Below, piece by piece: positions 48,243 to 56,979 of a DNA stretch of 64,000 bases. The notes beneath the pieces were generated by a model, which searched no databases, was not told where the DNA came from, and saw only the letters and a list, made by a program, of their open reading frames with translations. The position numbers were made by a program, and so were the translations under genes. The DNA comes from Anaerolineae bacterium. GTDB lineage: Bacteria; Chloroflexota; Anaerolineae; B4-G1; SLSP01. The DNA lies in contig DAOTTS010000093.1 in assembly GCA_034437735.1 (NCBI GenBank), positions 27,705 through 91,704 of the forward strand. Reading direction: 5' to 3'. How positions within the stretch are numbered: the first letter of the stretch is position 1; each line of letters opens with the position of its first letter.

Positions 48243-49232
48243 CTACAAATCAGACAAATTCACTTGTGTATAAATCACAGTCACATTGTCGTTGCCGCCG
48301 GCTTCATTGGCAGCTTCGACAAGCCGCAGACATGCTTCTTGGGGATCCTGCGGATCAGAAAGTATGCGCCAGATCGATGACTCCTCCATCATATTCCATA
48401 ATCCATCGCTGCACAATAACAACCGATCCCCATCTTGAAGCGCATTAGTCGTAACATCCACCTCAAGCCCATCGGTTTGACCGATAGCCCGGTAGAGCAC
48501 ATTTCTTTGCGGATGAACGAGTGCTTCTTCTTTAGAGATCTGTCCCATCTCAATAAGTCGATTTACAAAAGAGTGATCGCGGGTTAAGCGCTCAGGTGAT
48601 GACCCATTCCGCAGTAAATAGGCTCGACTGTCCCCTACGTGCCCGATAAATAGCCGACTACCAAGAACCAATCCATAGGTCAGAGTGCTCCCACTACCCG
48701 GCAACTCACGAGCAACAGCCCGGTTAGCCCGCGAAACAGCATCTCTAACCACATCAGTAAGCGAGGGTTGATCCGCCCCCCGTTCCGAGCCCAACAGCAT
48801 CGGCAAGTATATGGTCGAAATCAAATGACTGGCAGAGATCCTAAGCGCTAACGAGCTGGCCATCTCCCCCTTCTGATGCCCTCCCATACCATCCGCAACC
48901 ATGAAAAGGCCAAAAGGAGGAAGGGGTTGACCACTATCATTAGCATCATGCTGACCCGTAAAGACTAACAAAGCGTCCTCATTTTGCCCGCGGACACTCC
49001 CTACGTCGGTCAACCATCCTGATTGAAAGACCTGAGTATGCCGGAAACTCACCTGATTCGTCGATGCATGGCCGACATTCGCGGCTTCTTCTGCCTTATT
49101 GTCTTGGGGGGACGGCTCTGGTCCTACCTCAAGTTTCGACACCGGGTCTTGGGATAATGCTTCCGCCTCTTTGGCAGACGCCTCTTGATTCTTTCCGAAA
49201 AAACCACTCACCCATTCACGAATCGATGCCAT
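48243..49232 (-). CDS. PP2C-family Ser/Thr protein phosphatase
   Basis: It has the motifs GQNEDALLV, FMVADGMGGHQKGEMAS and LCSDGLW, and ends in GGNDNVTV. Confidence 0.85.
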   Translation of the reverse strand: MASIREWVSGFFGKNQEASAKEAEALSQDPVSKLEVGPEPSPQDNKAEEAANVGHASTNQVSFRHTQVFQSGWLTDVGSVRGQNEDALLVFTGQHDANDSGQPLPPFGLFMVADGMGGHQKGEMASSLALRISASHLISTIYLPMLLGSERGADQPSLTDVVRDAVSRANRAVARELPGSGSTLTYGLVLGSRLFIGHVGDSRAYLLRNGSSPERLTRDHSFVNRLIEMGQISKEEALVHPQRNVLYRAIGQTDGLEVDVTTNALQDGDRLLLCSDGLWNMMEESSIWRILSDPQDPQEACLRLVEAANEAGGNDNVTVIYTQVNLSDL

Positions 49233-49298
49233 TCATCACCTCGAACTCTAAAAAATAGCGACTCAATAACTCCGGCAAAGTCAAGCTGAACGTCAGCC

Positions 49299-51434
49299 CT
49301 AAGCTGGAATTGCGTAGACATTCCGGTCACTCGAACCAAAATAAACGACACCATCGGCGATCTTAGGCTGACCGGTTATTGGGCCATCGGTCTGATAGCG
49401 CCAACGCAGCGACCCATTGCGCGCATCAAAGCAGTAAAGCGCCCCATCAACCCCACCAACATAAACAGCGCCCTCATAAACCGTTGGAGTCCCGGTCACC
49501 TGGCCATCGGTCTCATACCGCCATACCACCCGTCCTTCGCTCTTATCCAGAGCGTAGATATTTTTATCCGCCGAACCAAAAAAGACGAGGTCCTCCCATA
49601 CAACTGCGGTTGAGGCAATGCCGCCACCCGTGCGGTATTTCCAAGCTGACCATCCTGAACGAACATCTAGTGCGTAGAAAGACCAATCAAGTGAACCGAC
49701 AAAAACGAGGCCGTCGCTGATAATAGGCGCAGCAAGAATACCGCGACGGGAGCGAAATCGCCATCGCATTTTACGATCCAACCCAAGAGCATATACCATC
49801 CCCATCTCACAACTAAAGAGGATCAAATTATCATTGACGAAAGGTTGAGACCGGATCTTGCCATCCGATGTATAATCCCAAGCTTTGCGCCCCGAATGCT
49901 GATGTATCGCATAGAGATTACGGTCATCGGAGCCAATGAAGAAGTGCCCCAGATCTGGATACGCAGAGGAGTAAACCCGCCCTTTCGTTGGCATCGTCCA
50001 TAACAGGCGCCCACTCTGGAGATCCACAGAATAAACCACATGATCTGTGGAGCCAAATACAACCATCCCATCCAGCACACAAGGCGAAGACGCAATCCCA
50101 CCCTCAGTAGGATACTTCCAGATGAAATCACCATTTTCGATATCAAGCGCATATACATTATGATCGTAGGAAGGCACGAGTAGAATATCATCGTGGAGTT
50201 GAACCGCACCGCGAACCTCATCCTCACAGGCAAACTGCCAAATCGCTTTCAGCACGCCCGTACCACCAAAAGCTTGCGTTTCGCCTTGGCTCCCTGTTCG
50301 CCCCAAACCTTTTGCCGACGAAACAGAAAGCAACGCTCTCCTAAATTCCTCTGTTGACCCCCATCGCTTGTTAATATCATATTCGAGAGCTTTCTCGATA
50401 ACATCAACCAGCTCTTTTGAGACTGTTGGGTTTGTCTTGTGAATGGGGCGTTCTGCAAAAGAAAACGGAGGCTCTAACCGAGGGTCCTGTTTGCTCAAAA
50501 TATGATGAAGGGTCGCCCCCAGGGCATAAAGATCCCCCCTGGGCTCAGCGATGCCACGGTACTGTTCGGGAGGCGAGTATCCCTCTGTGCCAATAGTTGT
50601 ACCTTTCTCACCGCTTTGAAAGAGCTTCGCAATCCCAAAGTCAACCAATCGAATGCGGTCTTGATCGTCAAGCATAATATTCGAAGGCTTCAGGTCACGA
50701 AAGATAATGGGCCTGGGTTTGTGGTTGTGAAGATACGACAAAACGTCACAAAGTTGCACAGCCCATTCAATGACCTGAGACTCAGGGAAGTAGCCCTCAG
50801 CCTCAGCAATCTTCACCTCTAGATCCTCGCCTGGCACAAACTCAATAACCAGATAACTCCTAGTCCCTTCCGTGAAAAAGTCGTAGACCTGTGGGATAGC
50901 AGGATGACTAAGCGTGGCGAGAATACTGGCTTCACGTTCGAAGTTACGAACGATCATTTGCCGGACCTGAGGATCAGACGCAGTATTGATCATCTCTTTA
51001 ACCGCACAAATCCGATTGACGCCGGGAAACCGTAAATCGCGAGCACGGTAAACCGCCCCCATGCCGCCGATCCCCACGACCCCCAAGATCTCATATCGAT
51101 CCTGCAATCTGGTTCCTGTAGGAAGCAGGCCTTCCTCAGGAGGATCGGCCTCGGCAGCAACACTGCTAGGCGAAACCTTTCGGGTCTTAATCTCCTCATC
51201 TTTTGATGTCGGTTTAGACGCTTCTGGGAATTCCACCACACGGGTCACCGACTCATTGTCCCCTTCCGCATCTGGTTCCGTGCTTTTCTCGTCAACTTGG
51301 GTATTGAGGTCCTGGGTATTGGACTCCAAGGAAAGGGGAATGTTCAAACGCTGTGACAACCCCCGCTTGCGTTTATCATCTCGCTTCTGAGAAAGATTTA
51401 TCGTGCTTTGGCTTAATTCATCCTCTGTTGACAT
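49299..51434 (-). CDS. Ser/Thr protein kinase with C-terminal PQQ-like beta-propeller repeats
   Basis: The kinase region reads GIGGMGAVYRARD, AVKEM and FRDLKPSNIML, with DFG and PPE motifs. Then come at least 7 repeats of the form VY.LD...G...W. Confidence 0.85.
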   Translation of the reverse strand: MSTEDELSQSTINLSQKRDDKRKRGLSQRLNIPLSLESNTQDLNTQVDEKSTEPDAEGDNESVTRVVEFPEASKPTSKDEEIKTRKVSPSSVAAEADPPEEGLLPTGTRLQDRYEILGVVGIGGMGAVYRARDLRFPGVNRICAVKEMINTASDPQVRQMIVRNFEREASILATLSHPAIPQVYDFFTEGTRSYLVIEFVPGEDLEVKIAEAEGYFPESQVIEWAVQLCDVLSYLHNHKPRPIIFRDLKPSNIMLDDQDRIRLVDFGIAKLFQSGEKGTTIGTEGYSPPEQYRGIAEPRGDLYALGATLHHILSKQDPRLEPPFSFAERPIHKTNPTVSKELVDVIEKALEYDINKRWGSTEEFRRALLSVSSAKGLGRTGSQGETQAFGGTGVLKAIWQFACEDEVRGAVQLHDDILLVPSYDHNVYALDIENGDFIWKYPTEGGIASSPCVLDGMVVFGSTDHVVYSVDLQSGRLLWTMPTKGRVYSSAYPDLGHFFIGSDDRNLYAIHQHSGRKAWDYTSDGKIRSQPFVNDNLILFSCEMGMVYALGLDRKMRWRFRSRRGILAAPIISDGLVFVGSLDWSFYALDVRSGWSAWKYRTGGGIASTAVVWEDLVFFGSADKNIYALDKSEGRVVWRYETDGQVTGTPTVYEGAVYVGGVDGALYCFDARNGSLRWRYQTDGPITGQPKIADGVVYFGSSDRNVYAIPA

Positions 51435-51824
51435 GACCCACCCTTGGCACTCTAGAGACTAAAGTGATTATAAAACAACCTGAAAGAAAAGGCAAACATA
51501 AAAAATGAGTGGTGGTACTCACCACTCAATATAATTCCACAAGAAAAAGGATACTCAAGATCCAGACGTAAACAACTAAACTTTTCCAGGACATCTATGG
51601 AAACCCAGAATCTTTTTAGCTACTCATGACCAGATCTGTAATACCCTATAGCAAAATCGATCAACAACCGTCCTCTTACCTTGTCACAGAATCTAGCCCA
51701 TTGTGAAACTGAAGGTTGTGATTGATCAAACATATGATATCCTACATAGAGCAAAATACCAACTCAATCAAAACAGAGACTCTCAATGGGTTAGGAGAGT
51801 TCACAGAAAGAAAGGGCAGGTGAA

Positions 51825-53564
51825 ATGCCAGTTATCCCCTCAGCGATACCCATGGAGATGGAGCTAGAATGCGGAAGTTGCGGACACCGCCAGCCTTTCG
51901 TGCTTCCCACTCCTGCGTGCGAACAGTGCGGACACGATTGGATGGAGGTTAAGTATAGTCCAGATAGGATCCAGGAGCTATGGCCAGATCTCCTTCAAAC
52001 GCGCCCGTTTACAATGTGGCGGTATCGTGAACTTCTACCGCTCCGAAACGAAGAGTACCAGATATCAATGGGAGAGGGAGGAACGCCCCTCCTCCACGCT
52101 AATAACCTGGGCATGATGCTTGGAGCACCTAGCATCTATATCAAGGATGAAAGACAAAACCCCACGAACTCTTTCAAAGATCGCCAGGCGTCTCTGGTTA
52201 TTTCGTTAATGAAAGAAGCCGCAGTCAAAGAGCTAGTCGTTGCCTCAACGGGCAATGTGGCCATCTCCTACTCAGCTTACTCCTCTTACGCAGGCATTAA
52301 ACTTTGGACGTTTATTCCGAGCCTCGTTCCCCCTGAGAAGATGCGAGAGATTGCCATCTATGGCAGTGAGGTCATCAAGGTTACCGACACCTATGACGCT
52401 ACCAAAAAGGTAGCAGCAGAATTTGCCGAACACAAGGGCATTCCGGCCGATCGCGGGATCCGCGATGTCGGAACTCGAGAGAGCATGAAGACGATCGGCT
52501 TTGAAATTGCCGAGCAACTTGGGCTAGAGCTGGGACCCTCAGAAAATGGAGCCCCATGGCGTGCACCGGACTGGTATATTCAAGCCGTGAGCGGTGGTAT
52601 GGGACCGGTAGGGTTCTGGAAAGGGTATACCGAGCTCTACGAAATTGGGCTCGTCGATCGCTTGCCGAAGTTGGCACTGGTTCAGGCTGAAGGGTGTGCG
52701 CCGATGGTCAATTCTTATCAGCTTGGATTATCTAAGGCTGAACCGGTATCCGATCCTGACACTCGGGTCATTACGATTGCAACGGGTTATCCGGGCCCAG
52801 CTTATGAATACCTCCAGTCTGTCGTCAGCCAGCATGGTGGCGCTTTTGTAGCAGCTTCTGACGAAGAGATCTTCCGCGCATTGCATCTCGTCGCAAAAAT
52901 GGAGGGACTATCAGTTGAACCGGCCGCGGCAACTGCATTCGCAGGACTGTTTAAACTTCTCAATCAAAACATCATTAAGAAGGATGAAACAGTGGTCGTC
53001 AATTGCTCGGGCCATACATTCCCAGTCGAGAAATTTCTCCTCGACGATGACTGGGTCAAGGTAGTTTCAACGCGCACAAACCGCAAGTCTACAAGCTCAG
53101 AGCCTACGGTACCGGCGAAATCCAAGGTCGGTCGCACCCCCACTGAGGGACTGCTGGGTGCGCTGGACCAGCTCGACGCACGCGTCAAGTGCGTCGCTAT
53201 CATTGAGGATAACCCCGACGCCACCCGACTATTGAGACGAATCTTGCAGACGCGAGGGAACTATCGTATTATCGAGGCGTACGATGGGCGAGAAGGTCTT
53301 GAGTTAATCCGCTCAGAGCAGCCAGATCTGGTATTACTGGATCTTATGATGCCTGATATCGACGGATTTGAGGTTATCGAAAAGCTGAAAAAAGACCGCC
53401 AATTTGAGGATCTGCCGATTATTGTAATCACTGCCAAGCAACTATCTCGACAGGAAAAAGAACGCCTCCAAGGGCAGATCAAGATGCTGCTCGAAAAGGG
53501 TTCGTTCATGGATGATGACCTACTTTCGGGAATTAAGGGACTCCTAGGATCTGAGGCCGGCTAA
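51825..53564 (+). CDS. Threonine-synthase-like PLP-dependent enzyme (fold type II) with N-terminal zinc ribbon, fused to a C-terminal CheY-like receiver domain
   Basis: The zinc ribbon is CGSCGH...CEQCGH. The PLP-lysine motif is NSFKDRQAS and a glycine-rich loop reads VSGGMGPVG. The REC domain spans roughly residues 455-575 (IIEDNPD...LLDLMMPDIDG...IVITAK). Confidence 0.8.
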   Translation: MPVIPSAIPMEMELECGSCGHRQPFVLPTPACEQCGHDWMEVKYSPDRIQELWPDLLQTRPFTMWRYRELLPLRNEEYQISMGEGGTPLLHANNLGMMLGAPSIYIKDERQNPTNSFKDRQASLVISLMKEAAVKELVVASTGNVAISYSAYSSYAGIKLWTFIPSLVPPEKMREIAIYGSEVIKVTDTYDATKKVAAEFAEHKGIPADRGIRDVGTRESMKTIGFEIAEQLGLELGPSENGAPWRAPDWYIQAVSGGMGPVGFWKGYTELYEIGLVDRLPKLALVQAEGCAPMVNSYQLGLSKAEPVSDPDTRVITIATGYPGPAYEYLQSVVSQHGGAFVAASDEEIFRALHLVAKMEGLSVEPAAATAFAGLFKLLNQNIIKKDETVVVNCSGHTFPVEKFLLDDDWVKVVSTRTNRKSTSSEPTVPAKSKVGRTPTEGLLGALDQLDARVKCVAIIEDNPDATRLLRRILQTRGNYRIIEAYDGREGLELIRSEQPDLVLLDLMMPDIDGFEVIEKLKKDRQFEDLPIIVITAKQLSRQEKERLQGQIKMLLEKGSFMDDDLLSGIKGLLGSEAG

Positions 53565-53588
53565 AGAACGCACAGCAAAGGCGTAGCT

Positions 53589-54860
53589 ATGACCACTATT
53601 CTTTACGTTGAGGATGATGTCTCAAGTCAGAGATTGGTTGAACGTATCTTAAGAGTCGAAGGTTTCGACGTCCGACTGGCGGACGATGGGATCAGTGCCA
53701 TAGAGATCGCTCAACAGGATACACCCGATCTTATCTTGATGGACATCAATATGAGTGGGTTGGATGGATATGAAGTCACCACTCGCTTGAGAACCGTTCC
53801 CGGTTTAGAGAAGACGCCCATCATCGCCGTCACTGCAGCAACGCTGCGGGGAGACCGGGAACGAGCCATCGTTGCCGGATGTACGGGGTATATTGCCAAG
53901 CCTATCGACGTGGATACCTTTGCCGATCAGGTGCGAAGTTACCTGGTCGGTTTGCAAGAACAGGTTGACTCCCCGGAGGAACGCGCTCAGTACCTTCTGG
54001 AGTACAATCAACGGCTCGTGAACCGACTGGAGGAAAAGGTTCGTGAACTTCAGAACGCAAATGCCGAGCTTCAGCGCGTTGAAAAGATGAAGTCTGACTT
54101 CGTCGTACTCGCCGGGCACGAGTTGCGCACTCCTCTGACCGTGATCTACGGTTATCTCCAGATTTTAATGGCGAATCCCAATATACCTGGCGAGGCGGAG
54201 GTGGAAGGTACGCCGACCAACCTGCTAATGAGAGTGGCAAAAGGCGTAGAGCGACTCAGTGATATGATTCAAGACATCCTCAATGTCTCCCTGATCGATG
54301 CCGATCGGCTGGAACTCTCTCAAGAACCGGTTTTTCTGAAATCGATTGTGCAGTCTGTACTGAATAACCTGCAAAACTTCGGCCCGTCCCGCGATCTCGT
54401 GTTCGATTTAGGACCGGGCCTCAAAGATATTCCCGTGATTCAAGGGGACCCGCGCCGACTGCACCAGGCCATAGGTAACATCATCGGAAACGCCATCAAA
54501 TATACCCCCAATGGGGGGACAGTACGTATCAACGCCGAGAATTTAGACGATGTCGTTCATCTCTGGGTTAAGGATTCAGGGGTCGGCATCCCGAAAGATG
54601 AGTTACCGCACATATTCGATAGATTTTACGTGCTAGAGGACACCTCCTTTCACAGCTCGAGCAAGACGGCTTTCAAAGGTGGGGGGTTGGGATTGGGACT
54701 AACGGTCTCCCAGGGCATTATTGAAGCCCACGATGGCAGGGTTTGGGCAGAAAGCCCTGGGCAGGATGAGGCTGAGCTTCCAGGAAGCACTTTCCACATC
54801 TTGTTACCCATTGGAAACCCTTTTGATCTCATGGAGGAAAAGGCTAAAAACCGAACCTGA
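53589..54860 (+). CDS. Hybrid sensor kinase: N-terminal receiver domain + HisKA + HATPase_c
   Basis: The REC domain reads ILYVEDD...ILMDINMSGLDG...VTAA. A coiled coil follows. The H-box reads LAGHELRTPL and the N and G boxes read GNAIKYT...DSGVGIP...GGGLGLGL. Confidence 0.85.
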   Translation: MTTILYVEDDVSSQRLVERILRVEGFDVRLADDGISAIEIAQQDTPDLILMDINMSGLDGYEVTTRLRTVPGLEKTPIIAVTAATLRGDRERAIVAGCTGYIAKPIDVDTFADQVRSYLVGLQEQVDSPEERAQYLLEYNQRLVNRLEEKVRELQNANAELQRVEKMKSDFVVLAGHELRTPLTVIYGYLQILMANPNIPGEAEVEGTPTNLLMRVAKGVERLSDMIQDILNVSLIDADRLELSQEPVFLKSIVQSVLNNLQNFGPSRDLVFDLGPGLKDIPVIQGDPRRLHQAIGNIIGNAIKYTPNGGTVRINAENLDDVVHLWVKDSGVGIPKDELPHIFDRFYVLEDTSFHSSSKTAFKGGGLGLGLTVSQGIIEAHDGRVWAESPGQDEAELPGSTFHILLPIGNPFDLMEEKAKNRT

Positions 54861-54898
54861 ATCTTGACGAGACCGACACGTGACCTGAGCTATAAGAC

Positions 54899-54926
54899 TT
54901 GCCGGTCGTCGAGATTATGGTACAAT
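54899..54926 (+). promoter_or_regulatory. Putative sigma70 promoter for the tRNA pair (-35 TTGCCG, 16 nt spacer, extended -10 TGGTACAAT)
   Basis: It was read directly. The -10 element ends 15 nt before tRNA-His. Confidence 0.45.
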
Positions 54927-54941
54927 ACGGTTCGTAAATAT

Positions 54942-55015
54942 GGTGGATGTGGCCCAACGGTTAGGGCACCTGTCTGTGGAACAGGAGACTGTGGGTTCGA
55001 ATCCCATCATCCACC
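54942..55015 (+). tRNA. tRNA-His (anticodon GTG)
   Basis: The cloverleaf has G-1 plus the acceptor GTGGATG/CATCCAC and the D-stem GCCC/GGGC. The anticodon stem is CCTGT/ACAGG with loop CTGTGGA, and the T-arm is GTGGG-TTCGAAT-CCCAT. The discriminator is C. Confidence 0.9.
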
Positions 55016-55060
55016 CCTAAACAGGCTGGGCTTATCGGGTCCAGCCGTTTTAATCGATGT

Positions 55061-55134
55061 GCCCCCGTAGCTCAATCGGATAGAGTGGCTGGCTTCGAAC
55101 CAGTTGGTTGCGCGTTCAAGTCGCGCCGGGGGCT
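55061..55134 (+). tRNA. tRNA-Arg (anticodon TCG)
   Basis: The acceptor is GCCCCCG/CGGGGGC and the D-arm is GCTC-AATCGGATA-GAGT. The anticodon stem is GCTGG/CCAGT with loop CTTCGAA, and the T-arm is GCGCG-TTCAAGT-CGCGC. Confidence 0.85.
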
Positions 55135-55144
55135 CAAACGGAAG

Positions 55145-55180
55145 CGGCCCGATCAGTCTATCGATCGGGCCGTTTGATCA
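55145..55180 (+). terminator. Hairpin (10-bp stem CGGCCCGATC/GATCGGGCCG) plus TTTGAT after tRNA-Arg
   Basis: It was read directly. It is a likely terminator or processing signal for the tRNA transcript. Confidence 0.45.
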
Positions 55181-55290
55181 TTAAGCTATTGTCTGATGGC
55201 ATAGTCGTAGTATCATTGCGGATAAGTCACTGACAGAGCGACCTGTTTCATAGATCACTAGGAAGAAAGTAGGAGAGGAGAGAGTAAGCG

Positions 55291-55479
55291 ATGATGTTCA
55301 GAAATTTCGGCATCCCAGAGTTAATTTTGGTGTTGGTACTGGCGCTTCTGGTTTTTGGTCCCGGACGCATCGCCAAACTTGGATCTGAACTCGGCAAAGG
55401 TATTCGGGGATTCAAAGATCAAATGCAGACTGGAAATCACGAGACGACCGAAGAGGAAAAGGCAACGGAAGAAGCTTAA
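55291..55479 (+). CDS. tatA: Twin-arginine translocase subunit TatA/E
   Basis: It has an RBS ggagaggag. The sequence MMFRNFGIPELILVLVLALLVFGPGRIAKLG carries the TatA FGP and KLG motifs. Confidence 0.85.
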   Translation: MMFRNFGIPELILVLVLALLVFGPGRIAKLGSELGKGIRGFKDQMQTGNHETTEEEKATEEA

Positions 55480-55585
55480 CACCCGTCATTTCCATAAAGT
55501 TACTGCTTTTTTATACTTGTTACCCCCTATACGTACGAAAGCTGTTGTCACCGGGATACTGTTATCCCCACACGGGAGATAGAAA

Positions 55586-56128
55586 ATGGAGTTCTTGAAT
55601 ATCGGCGGCGGTGAAGTGCTCGTCATAATCCTACTGGCCCTCATCCTCTTTGGGCCGGAGGATATTATGCAGCTTATGCGCACGATCGGAAAATATACCC
55701 GTGCCGCGAGCAAAATGTGGGCTCAGGTTACCCGGACCCTGCAGGAGGGGTACGTGCCCGAGGAAGTTGAAGAGACACTTGCCGAAACCCAAGACACCGT
55801 CGCGGAAGCTCAGGGGGCACTTCAGGAGGCTCAGAATTCGCTAGAGAGCGCCACACGAGATCTCGATAGAGACCTGAAAAATATGTCCAGAGAGACTCAA
55901 CAAGCGACGGTTTCAAAGGCTCAAGAAACTCTTGAAGAGGCAAAAAGCTCCGTCGAAGCAGTCACAGAAAGGGTCGAGGAGGATCTTGATGAGATATCGG
56001 AAACCGTCGATCAGGCCGTTAAGTCCCCTGACGACGCTTCAACATCATCGCAATCAGTAGAGTCAAACGCATCTTCATCCCAATCTCCCGAAACAGTATC
56101 GTCCACCACAGAAAGCTCTGAGGCTTAG
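55586..56128 (+). CDS. tatB: Twin-arginine translocase subunit, TatB-like (long acidic C-terminal tail)
   Basis: The N-terminus reads FLNIGGGEVLVIILLALILFGPEDIMQLMRTIGK. It then has an amphipathic helix and a Ser/Glu-rich tail. Confidence 0.7.
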   Translation: MEFLNIGGGEVLVIILLALILFGPEDIMQLMRTIGKYTRAASKMWAQVTRTLQEGYVPEEVEETLAETQDTVAEAQGALQEAQNSLESATRDLDRDLKNMSRETQQATVSKAQETLEEAKSSVEAVTERVEEDLDEISETVDQAVKSPDDASTSSQSVESNASSSQSPETVSSTTESSEA

Positions 56129-56129
56129 G

Positions 56130-56876
56130 ATGACAACACACGAACAATCGATGGGGCTGTTTGAGCATATCAAAGAGCTGCGCCAGAGACTTTTCCGTGC
56201 GGTTATCTCCTGGATATTGGCAACACTCCTAGCCTCTGCTTTTGCTGAGGTTATCGTTGAATGGTTGATACAACCCTTAGAGGGGGGAAGCGTTATCGTC
56301 CTGAGCCCAACAGAAGCTCCCATCATCTACTTCAGAATCGCATTAGCAACTGGTTTTGGGTTGGCGCTCCCCTACATACTCTTTCAAGTCTATGGATTTG
56401 TCGCGCCCGGCCTTTATCCAAATGAGCGGTCCGTTGTCCTCTTAGGCATTCCGGCAGTCTTTGTCTTCTTTATACTTGGCGCGCTTTTTACTCTCCAGGT
56501 ACTTATTCCGGTCAGTATGCCGGTATTGATGGGCTTTTTGGGAGAGGTCGTAGAACCCACCTACTCCTTAGAAAACTATCTCTCTTTTGTGACGACGTTA
56601 GTCATATGGATGGGGCTACTTTTTCAAACGCCCCTTGTCATCTACATCATCAGTCGCTTTGGTTTCGTCACCCCCGCTCAACTGGCAAAAGCCCGGAGAA
56701 TTGTCTGGTTCTTGGCTGCGATCTTTGCGGCAGTAGTCACTCCCACCACGGATCCCGTGACATTACTCCTGGTCACAGGGCCGTTCATCATCCTCTACGA
56801 GCTGGGGATTATATTCGCAAGGTTCGCCGTCAAGCAGCGAGAACGTCAAGAGGAAGAGGCGCTGGAAGAACTTTAA
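56130..56876 (+). CDS. tatC: Twin-arginine translocase subunit TatC
   Basis: The motif LFEHIKELRQRL is typical of TatC (LxEHLxELRxRL), and 6 TM helices are predicted. Confidence 0.9.
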   Translation: MTTHEQSMGLFEHIKELRQRLFRAVISWILATLLASAFAEVIVEWLIQPLEGGSVIVLSPTEAPIIYFRIALATGFGLALPYILFQVYGFVAPGLYPNERSVVLLGIPAVFVFFILGALFTLQVLIPVSMPVLMGFLGEVVEPTYSLENYLSFVTTLVIWMGLLFQTPLVIYIISRFGFVTPAQLAKARRIVWFLAAIFAAVVTPTTDPVTLLLVTGPFIILYELGIIFARFAVKQRERQEEEALEEL

Positions 56877-56979
56877 TTTGAGTGCGAGGTGAGATATCGC
56901 TGCATTCAAGACACACCTAAAAAAGCTCTTCGGCTGGCTGTTTGTCCCCCGCCAAGCCAATATTCCTCCTATCGTATGG

